A DNA stretch of 64,000 nt, taken from positions 2,707 through 66,706 of the forward strand of contig CALWBW010000003.1 of the NCBI GenBank assembly GCA_944376195.1. The letters are read 5' to 3'. Each line of letters begins with the position of its first letter. The first letter of the stretch is position 1. The notes beneath the pieces are model-generated. The model had not been told where the DNA came from and did not search any database. It saw only the letters and a list, made by a program, of their open reading frames with translations. Positions 54,509-61,854 of the stretch are shown one piece after another. A program made the translations under genes and the position numbers. The DNA comes from an uncultured Clostridia bacterium. Its GTDB lineage: Bacteria; Bacillota; Clostridia; Oscillospirales; QAMX01.

Positions 54509-54868
54509 TTACTCCCCCTGCTTTTCTAAAATACGCTGAATTTCTGCAATTCCTGTATCAGATAATGCCTGCCTCCGTCCAAAGGCTGCAAGAAAAGCAG
54601 GTAACGATCCCTCAAATGTGTTTGTCATCAGCGCTTCCATTTCTGCGGCTTGCACGTCTTCTTTGCTGACGAGAGACGTGACGATCGTGTTTTCACTTTT
54701 CACGACGCCTCGATCCTTTAACCTTTTGATTACGGTATAAGTGGTAGTTTTACTCTATCCCAGTTCTTCGCGGCAAAGCTTCGCGAGCTTGGTGCTGTTA
54801 ATCGGTTCATGGCGCCAGAGAATGAGACAAAACCGGTATTCACTTTGAAAAATTTTTGGGGTTGACAT
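54509..54868 (-). pseudogene. BlaI/MecI/CopY-family repressor gene interrupted by an in-frame amber codon
   Basis: The reading frame is MSTPKIFQSEYRFCLILWRHEPINSTKLAKLCREELG-TAG-SKTTTYTVIKRLKDRGVVKSENTIV.... The TAG at 54757-54755 sits where the family has a conserved Trp (TGG). Confidence 0.75.
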
Positions 54869-54881
54869 GTTGCCTCCTTGT

Positions 54882-54938
54882 AAAGTCTAATGGATTAGAC
54901 CTTTTTTAAAGTCTAACGTATTAGAACAACTTTGTCAA
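54882..54938 (-). promoter_or_regulatory. Two operator dyads plus promoter of the BlaI/BlaR1-like operon
   Basis: aaaGTCTAATggATTAGAC (54882-54900) and aaaGTCTAAcgtATTAGAac (54908-54927). On the minus strand: TTGACA (54938-54933), 17 nt spacer, TAGACT (54915-54910). Confidence 0.55.
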
Positions 54939-55465
54939 GAATAATACGAAAAAAGATTTTTCCAAACATTCCGTTTTTCAGTAAACTGAACAGGAACTTA
55001 GTAAATGGCGAAAAATATTTACAAAACTGCCGGAATACCGACTTGCTTGAGTCCTATCGCAAAGAGCTGGAGGAAGGAGATATTTCCTCAATGTAGAACG
55101 GATTGTCAATATGGCGCTTTCGTTCTCCATGGGTTTCCTCATACCGGCATTTCTCAAAACAGCAAAACGTGGTCGAAGCAAAAAAATTATATATTTTAAG
55201 CAGACAGCCTGGCGACGGATGCCGCAAATCTATATTTCACGAAGAAAAAAGGGCATTTCACGAAAAAGAAATTTTTTATTCAAAATTTCCGATATAATCA
55301 CTGGGCAAGCAATAGGAGTGTAATGGATGCATAGGCGGACAGAATGGAAATAAATTGAACAGGAGTCCATGTATGGATTTCGTGGATCGTGAGAAATGAT
55401 CCGTGGTCTGGTTAATATCCAAAAAGAATCTGCCCGTACCATAAAGAAAGGAGGATTGGCGTTAA

Positions 55466-55939
55466 ATGGACATAGGAGAGATCATTTATAAGACCCTGAT
55501 AGACGGTGATTCTTATAAAACTTTGCTAAAAGGCCTGGGAATGACTTTACAGATTTCTCTGTTTTCCATTGTGATTGGAACTCTGCTGGGCATGGTTATT
55601 TGCGCCCTGCGAAGAAGCCGGTTACGGATCATTCGGGGCATCGCAGCAGGATACATTGCCGTGGTGAGGGGCAGCCCGGTAGTACTGCTTCTCATGCTGA
55701 TGTATTATGTGGTATTCGCAGGGAGCGGCGTGTCTGCATTGATGGTGGCTGTAGCGGCATTTTCTCTCCATATGAGTGCTTATACGGCAGCCTGTTTCTA
55801 TGGCAACGTACAGGGGTATGAATCGGAAAGAGAAGAACTTCTGATCACCGACGACTATTATACCGACAATGTTTTTTATGTAACCAAGGACTATGATATG
55901 GATAAGATTTTGGAGGCAATGGAGGAAAAACAAGGCTAA
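55466..55939 (+). pseudogene. Truncated/chimeric amino-acid ABC transporter permease (HisM/GlnP family N-terminal part)
   Basis: The first ~115 aa match the 3-TM amino-acid permease family (...IRGIAAGYIAVVRGSPVVLLLMLMYY...SLHMSAYTA...). The EAA-loop region and the C-terminal half are replaced by unrelated acidic sequence. No SBP or ATPase gene is adjacent. Confidence 0.55.
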
Positions 55940-55985
55940 GTTACAATAGAAGAGAATCATTCATAATTGCTTGGAGGATGAAAAT

Positions 55986-56282
55986 ATGAATATCAGCAAA
56001 ATGGTAAGTGGAACTGTACTGAATATTTCTCTGGAGGGTCGGCTGGATACAACAACTGCGCCGCAGCTGGAAGCGGAACTCAAGCAGTCTATGGAAGGAA
56101 TCACACAACTTGAATTGGACTTCGATAAGCTGGAATATTTGTCTTCTGCCGGACTGCGGGTCATCCTGGGCGCACAGAAGACGATGAACAAGCAAGGGAA
56201 AATGGTCGTTCGTCATGTCAACGAAACCATTATGGAAGTGTTTGAAGTGACCGGCTTCATCGATATTCTCACGATCGAATGA
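55986..56282 (+). CDS. STAS-domain anti-sigma-factor-antagonist-like protein (SpoIIAA/RsbV family)
   Basis: 98 aa with ...LDTTTAPQLEAEL...LDFDKLEYLSSAGLRVILGA.... RBS GGAGGA. Confidence 0.88.
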   Translation: MNISKMVSGTVLNISLEGRLDTTTAPQLEAELKQSMEGITQLELDFDKLEYLSSAGLRVILGAQKTMNKQGKMVVRHVNETIMEVFEVTGFIDILTIE

Positions 56283-57682
56283 AAGGGGAGATGAGGCAGG
56301 GTGTGAAAATGAGGCTGCTGGAGCAGGCGGCTCAAGCGGCAAAAAAGGAAGACCTGTTGAAAGATATTGTCGTTTTACATATCAACCACTGCGTGGAGAA
56401 CACGTTTTATTTTAACGACGTACTCAGAGGACTGTTCCGTCATGTAACTCTGCTGACACCGCCCTATAGCAATCAGGATATCCCTGAAAATTACACAGGA
56501 TCGTGCTATCACGGTATGCGGCGAAACGGCGTCTATTATCTGATGAAAAATGGGATCGAGACAGGCCGCCGCAGCACGGAATTTCTCGAGTCCACCATAC
56601 TTCTGCTGGAAGAAGCTTTTCGTGGGGAACTGATTCCCCTGCTGCGTCAGGGGAATCAGTTGCTGATTGTTGAGGATGGAGGATACCATTTTGAGGCGCT
56701 TCCTCGTATAAAGCAGTTGTTTCCGGAGGTGGAAGATCGTATTATTGGCGTAGTGGAACAGACGACTTCCGGAACCAGAAAAAGCATGAGCCGGCAGGGC
56801 TACCGGTATTCTTATCCATGCGCCAGTATTTCTCGATCGGATATTAAAATGCATGTAGAATCCATCTTTATCGGGCAACGAATTGTGGAAGAGCTCGGAC
56901 TGATGCTGTATGCGGCAGATGCTTTTTTCTCTTTCCATTCCGTATTGCTGCTTGGCTACGGAATCATAGGGCGCAGCTGCCGTATGGCTTTAACAGGGCG
57001 TTACTGCCGGCTGGAGGCCTATGATACGAATCCACGCATGTTGAAAGTCGCCGAGGATGACGGCCTGTGGGTTTATTCTCAACCGTCTCCAGAGATGTTT
57101 TCAGAAGACACAATTGTCATAGGCTGTGTGGGCGCGCCTTCTTTTGGCGAGGGCATGTTTTGTGCTTTCCTGGAAGGCCGGGGAACAAATCTTTATCTGG
57201 CCAGCGGCTCTTCAAAAGATGTGGAGTTTTCCTACTTTCTTCGGTATTTAAAGGGGGAAGAAGCAAACATTCCCTGCCTTGTGCTTGAAAAACAGGAGGC
57301 CGCCGAATGGTATGTCCGCTATGATTTTCGTTATGGCGGCATAGAAAAAAACGTGTATTTAATGGCGGAAGGGAAACCGGTGAATTTTTATCGAAAAGGC
57401 GTGATCAGTCTGACTTACCGCGTGATTGATCTGGTGTTTACGGAAATGCTTCAAATGGCGCTGTACTTATGCCGAAACCGGAATATCCCTCCTCAGCTTT
57501 ATATATTAGGAGAAGATAATCCAATCACAAGAGCTGTTTCCGAAAAAGAAATGCTCGATTTGTGGTTTCAGAAAAATCATTTTTGGTATCAGGGGGCGCT
57601 GGAATCTTTTTTACAGCCTCATCCCCTGGCTGGTGAACTGCGAAAGAACACATGGGAGAAGGATCATGGAGAAAATTATTAG
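56279..57682 (+). CDS. Divergent S-adenosyl-L-homocysteine-hydrolase-fold protein (function unknown)
   Basis: By-eye colinear matches to SAHH motifs: LLIVEDGGYH (DDGGD), VVEQTTSGTRK (EETTTG), LLGYGIIGRSCRMAL...RLEAYDTNP (GYGDVGKGCA...EIDP), VIGCVGAPS, LASGSSKDVEF (NIGHFDxEI), YLMAEGKPVNF (LLAEGRLVNL). The ATGA overlaps the STAS stop. Confidence 0.6.
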   Translation: MKGEMRQGVKMRLLEQAAQAAKKEDLLKDIVVLHINHCVENTFYFNDVLRGLFRHVTLLTPPYSNQDIPENYTGSCYHGMRRNGVYYLMKNGIETGRRSTEFLESTILLLEEAFRGELIPLLRQGNQLLIVEDGGYHFEALPRIKQLFPEVEDRIIGVVEQTTSGTRKSMSRQGYRYSYPCASISRSDIKMHVESIFIGQRIVEELGLMLYAADAFFSFHSVLLLGYGIIGRSCRMALTGRYCRLEAYDTNPRMLKVAEDDGLWVYSQPSPEMFSEDTIVIGCVGAPSFGEGMFCAFLEGRGTNLYLASGSSKDVEFSYFLRYLKGEEANIPCLVLEKQEAAEWYVRYDFRYGGIEKNVYLMAEGKPVNFYRKGVISLTYRVIDLVFTEMLQMALYLCRNRNIPPQLYILGEDNPITRAVSEKEMLDLWFQKNHFWYQGALESFLQPHPLAGELRKNTWEKDHGENY

Positions 57683-59435
57683 GCGGACATTTTTCAAATT
57701 TTTCGGCCCTACCCTGATAGCGTCATTGGCGTTGGCCATCGTCTCCATGACCGATTTGATTGTAGCAGGCCAGCTTTTGGGCAGCAGTGCGTTTACCGCT
57801 ATCAGTCTGGCATTGCCGGTGACAATTTTTGTGCAAATCATTGCGATGATTTTCGGCAGCGGCGCCGGAATTGTACTATCTAATTATTTGGGCCAGGGTC
57901 AGAGAGACCGCTGCAATCAGGTGTTTACCACCGCGCTGCTTTCGGCATTGGCCATAGGCGTCGCAGCAGCGGTGGGAGGTCAGCTTTTTTTAGATCAGTT
58001 ACTGCTGCTTTTGGGTGCGCAGCCCGGCGAAAGCATGCATTATGCTCGCCAGTATATTGGTGTTTTGCTGCTTGGTATGCCCTTTTTGATTTTGGCGCCG
58101 GTGCAGTTTACTTTTTTGCGCAATGACAGTCATCCCCGCTACACAATGTTTTGCGTATTGGCAAGCGGTATATGGAACCTGATCGCAAACATTTTGCTTG
58201 TACTTCTGTTTGATCTGGGACTTGCGGGTATTGCAATTGGCACCGTCACTTCCCAAATACTTGCTTGCGTGCTTTCCGGCCTGAAACTTTATCAAAAAAA
58301 CGGCAGTTTTCATCTGATAAAGGCTGGCTGGTCTTTTTCTGCCGTTCAGGAGATGGTAAAACCCGGTTTGCCGGCCGCTATGATTTTCTTTTTTCAGGTA
58401 GTGCTCACACTGGTAATCAATCATACTCTGGCTATGACCGGCGGTGATCGTGCGGTGGCCGTATACGCCGTGGTAAAGTACTTGATAACGTTTTTCTATG
58501 CCTTGTACGATGGTGTGACTGGTTCCATTCAGCCGATGCTGGGTATCTACCAGGGCGAAGGAGAAATTGATAATTTGCGCCGCACGGTTTCTGTATCTTT
58601 TAAAATGACGTTGCTGATTGCGGTGGGACTCACTTTCGTTATGGAAGTGGGAGCGCCGGTAATCAGTTTGATTTTTGGCGTGGAATCCGATATGCTGGAT
58701 ATCACTGTAACGGCTATTCGTATTCAGGCATTATTCTGCATTACAGCCGGAATACTGGCTTTTCTGGGCGCTTTTTATCGATGCACCGGCCATTCGGGAG
58801 TGTCCATGATCATTGCCGTGTGCAATAATTTGATTTTCCCAGTGTCTATCATTCTGCTGCTGGCAAATTTTACGTCTCTTGGCAGCAATAGTGTTTATTG
58901 GGGGCTGGTTCTTACCGATTACGCCACTTTTCTGGTGTTGTTTGGCGTTGTGTGGATACTGCGTAAACCGCAGGAATCCCGATTGCTCCTGCTCCCTGTT
59001 AAGGATACTCAGAGCAATGGACAGACATATCAAGTGCTGATCCAGGATAAATACGAAAATATTCCCCAGATTTCCACAGAAATCGATCGCTTTTGCGAGG
59101 ATCGTGGCGTCAGTTTCAAAAAACGATATTATATTTCTCTTTGTATGGAAGAGCTTGTCGTCAATGTGATTCAAATGGGATTTCATAAAGAGCATGATAA
59201 CTATATTGACATCCGGGTATCAGTATTGGAAAACGGGCAAGTGGCCCTGCGCATTCGGGACGACGCGGTGGAGTTTGATCCGACCCAATCCCAGGAGGTT
59301 TCCCCGGGAGAGCTGTTGGATGGTTCCCATCAGGAGGAGCATAACGAATTGGGCCTGCTCCTGGTGAAGAAAGTAGCCAGTTCTTATTCTTACAAGCGCA
59401 CGGTGGGATTTAATAATTTTATGGTAGTGCTTTAG
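57666..59435 (+). CDS. MATE-family transporter fused to a C-terminal RsbW/SpoIIAB-like GHKL (HATPase_c) domain
   Basis: About 450 aa of 12-TM MatE-like sequence, then the N-box EELVVNVIQMG, ...IRDDAVEFDP... and ELGLLLVKK. ATG 57666 overlaps the previous gene by 17 nt. Confidence 0.75.
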   Translation: MEKIIRRTFFKFFGPTLIASLALAIVSMTDLIVAGQLLGSSAFTAISLALPVTIFVQIIAMIFGSGAGIVLSNYLGQGQRDRCNQVFTTALLSALAIGVAAAVGGQLFLDQLLLLLGAQPGESMHYARQYIGVLLLGMPFLILAPVQFTFLRNDSHPRYTMFCVLASGIWNLIANILLVLLFDLGLAGIAIGTVTSQILACVLSGLKLYQKNGSFHLIKAGWSFSAVQEMVKPGLPAAMIFFFQVVLTLVINHTLAMTGGDRAVAVYAVVKYLITFFYALYDGVTGSIQPMLGIYQGEGEIDNLRRTVSVSFKMTLLIAVGLTFVMEVGAPVISLIFGVESDMLDITVTAIRIQALFCITAGILAFLGAFYRCTGHSGVSMIIAVCNNLIFPVSIILLLANFTSLGSNSVYWGLVLTDYATFLVLFGVVWILRKPQESRLLLLPVKDTQSNGQTYQVLIQDKYENIPQISTEIDRFCEDRGVSFKKRYYISLCMEELVVNVIQMGFHKEHDNYIDIRVSVLENGQVALRIRDDAVEFDPTQSQEVSPGELLDGSHQEEHNELGLLLVKKVASSYSYKRTVGFNNFMVVL

Positions 59436-59452
59436 TATGTCTGCCGGAAAGG

Positions 59453-61834
59453 ATGGAAAATATGAGGGAAATTTTTACTGTTTTCCGTAAGAAGAGCGCA
59501 TGGGGGCATATGGTGTTAAGCGCTGTGGTGTTCTTTGCCATAGCATTGCCCTTTCGCAGCTTGTTCACCCTTTTGCCGGGGGTGACGGAGATCCGTCCTG
59601 CCAATATGGTGCCGCTGGTATTTGGAATTCAGTTTGGCCCAGCCGCCGCCTGGGGTATTTCCATAGGGAATCTGATTTCCGATATTCTGTCAGGTTCTCA
59701 TGTATTTGTTTGCGCCACGGGGTTTGTGGTAAACTTTTTTTATACCTATATTCCATACAAACTGTGGTACACGCTGCGTCTGGGCAAAGAACCCATCCAC
59801 CCAATCCGCCTCAATACGGTACAAGAGATCGTAAAATATATTTTGGTGGTTTTAATTGACTCTTTTGTTACCACCGTGTCTTTGTCCCTGATTTTCGAGG
59901 CTGCGGGATTCCAGTCGTTTTCTTCTTCTTTTCCGCTGTTGTTTTTCAACAATTTCGATTTCGCGATCATTCTGGGCATTCCGGTGCTCTCCTTCTGGAA
60001 TAAGACGCGTCTGCGCTCGGAAATACCGGAATACCGGAAAAATCCAGGGACCCGACGCAGTGTTCGCTGGTTGGATTTGCCGCTTGTTATCATTGCCGTT
60101 ACTGGTGTGGGGTATTTTTTCTATTCCCTGCTTCAAGGAGGAATGATAAACAGCTCCCTTGCACTGGGGGTTCTCTGCATCGCGATCGCAAGTCTGATCG
60201 TTTACGCGTTTCGTCCTTCCGACAAAGTGGAGCCTCTGCCCCCCAGCCGGGAAGGCGTCAAGATTTCTATTAAGGCGAAGGTAACCATCGGTTTTCTGCT
60301 GCTGACCTTGGTATTCCTGATTTTGTTGGCAGTCGTGTCTTATAATGCGCTTCAAGTGGGCGGAGAACTTGAGCGGCTGGAGGTTTGGAACTATATTTAT
60401 CTGGTGCTGGGAATTACCATCAACCTGCTTTACGGTATTGCCATTCTGTTTTTGTGGTATGTAGAGCGGAATATTACCACCCCTGTGGAGCGTCTTTCTT
60501 ACCTGACGGAGCTATATGCCAGACAAGAACATGAACATGACGCAAGTCTTGCATCGCGTTTGCAGAAACTTGCTGACGCGATTCCAAAAGGAGATGAAAT
60601 TGGCGCTTTGGCGCTTTCCTTCCGGAACATGATGGATGAGCTGGACGACTATATGGCAAACTTGGCGGTGGTCACCGCAGATAAGGAACGCATTGCCACA
60701 GAACTCAATGTCGCCACGCAAATTCAGGCCTCTATGTTGCCCTGTATTTTCCCGGCATTCCCCGGCCGCAAGGAGTTTGACGTCTATGCGACTATGACCC
60801 CGGCCAAGGAAGTGGGCGGAGATTTTTATGATTTCTTCCTGATAGACGACGATCACCTGGCGCTGGTGATTGCAGATGTTTCAGGGAAAGGGGTACCGGC
60901 GGCATTATTCATGGTGATTGCCAAAACTTTGCTGAAAAATGCTGCGCAAACGGGTCTTTCACCGAAAGCGATACTGGAGAAGGTGAATAATCAGCTCTGT
61001 GAAAATAACGAAGCGGAAATGTTTGTCACCGTGTGGCTGGGGATTTTTGAAATTTCCACTGGGAAACTGATTGCGGCCAATGCCGGCCACGAGTACCCGG
61101 CAGTCAGACATCAAGGCGGGAAATTTGAGCTTTACAAGGATAAGCACGATTTTGTGTTGGCTGGCATGGAAGGCGCTCGCTATCGGGAATATGAGATGAT
61201 TTTAAAACCCGGCGATACCCTGTTTGTCTACACAGACGGTGTGGCGGAAGCCACTGACGCCACCAACACGCTGTATGGAACGGATAGGATGCTAACTGCA
61301 CTCAACCGGAACGAGAAGGCTGACCCCGAGAAACTTCTCCAAAGCGTGAAGGAGGATATTGATATGTTTGTGGGCGAAGCGCCGCAGTTTGACGATATCA
61401 CCATGCTGGCATTTAAAATCAAGGATTTTCAACTGGAAGGTATGAAAAAAATAAGCGTTTCTCCGCAGCTTGCCAGTATTGATACCGTCACGGACTTTTT
61501 TGAAACCTGCCTGACGGAGCAGAATGCGCCTGTAAAAGTAGTGTCCCAAATCAATATTGCAGTGGACGAGATTTTTTCCAATATTGTGCGGTATAGTGGC
61601 GCGACATCTGTTTCAATAGGATGCCGGGCAGAAAAGGACCACGTTGTGCTCCGCTTTGCGGATAACGGGAGACCTTATGACCCGACGGAAAAGGATGACC
61701 CGGATATCACGCTTTCGGCTGAGGAACGGGACATTGGCGGGCTTGGCATCTTTATGGTTAAAAAAACAATGGATGACATTTCATATGTGTATGCTGATGG
61801 CTTTAACATTCTGACTATCCAAAAACGATGGTAA
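59453..61834 (+). CDS. Membrane QueT/ECF-S-like domain, HAMP-like linker, PP2C phosphatase and RsbW-like GHKL domain in one protein
   Basis: N-terminus: ...TEIRPANMVPLVFGIQFGPAAAWGISIGNLISD...YIPYKLWY. PP2C: VGGDFYDF, IADVSGKGVPAALFM, VYTDGVAEA, DDITMLAF. GHKL: DEIFSNIVRY, ADNGRPYDP, GGLGIFMVKK. An alternative start is ATG 59462. Confidence 0.8.
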   Translation: MENMREIFTVFRKKSAWGHMVLSAVVFFAIALPFRSLFTLLPGVTEIRPANMVPLVFGIQFGPAAAWGISIGNLISDILSGSHVFVCATGFVVNFFYTYIPYKLWYTLRLGKEPIHPIRLNTVQEIVKYILVVLIDSFVTTVSLSLIFEAAGFQSFSSSFPLLFFNNFDFAIILGIPVLSFWNKTRLRSEIPEYRKNPGTRRSVRWLDLPLVIIAVTGVGYFFYSLLQGGMINSSLALGVLCIAIASLIVYAFRPSDKVEPLPPSREGVKISIKAKVTIGFLLLTLVFLILLAVVSYNALQVGGELERLEVWNYIYLVLGITINLLYGIAILFLWYVERNITTPVERLSYLTELYARQEHEHDASLASRLQKLADAIPKGDEIGALALSFRNMMDELDDYMANLAVVTADKERIATELNVATQIQASMLPCIFPAFPGRKEFDVYATMTPAKEVGGDFYDFFLIDDDHLALVIADVSGKGVPAALFMVIAKTLLKNAAQTGLSPKAILEKVNNQLCENNEAEMFVTVWLGIFEISTGKLIAANAGHEYPAVRHQGGKFELYKDKHDFVLAGMEGARYREYEMILKPGDTLFVYTDGVAEATDATNTLYGTDRMLTALNRNEKADPEKLLQSVKEDIDMFVGEAPQFDDITMLAFKIKDFQLEGMKKISVSPQLASIDTVTDFFETCLTEQNAPVKVVSQINIAVDEIFSNIVRYSGATSVSIGCRAEKDHVVLRFADNGRPYDPTEKDDPDITLSAEERDIGGLGIFMVKKTMDDISYVYADGFNILTIQKRW

Positions 61835-61854
61835 TACGGAAAAAGAAGGAACGT

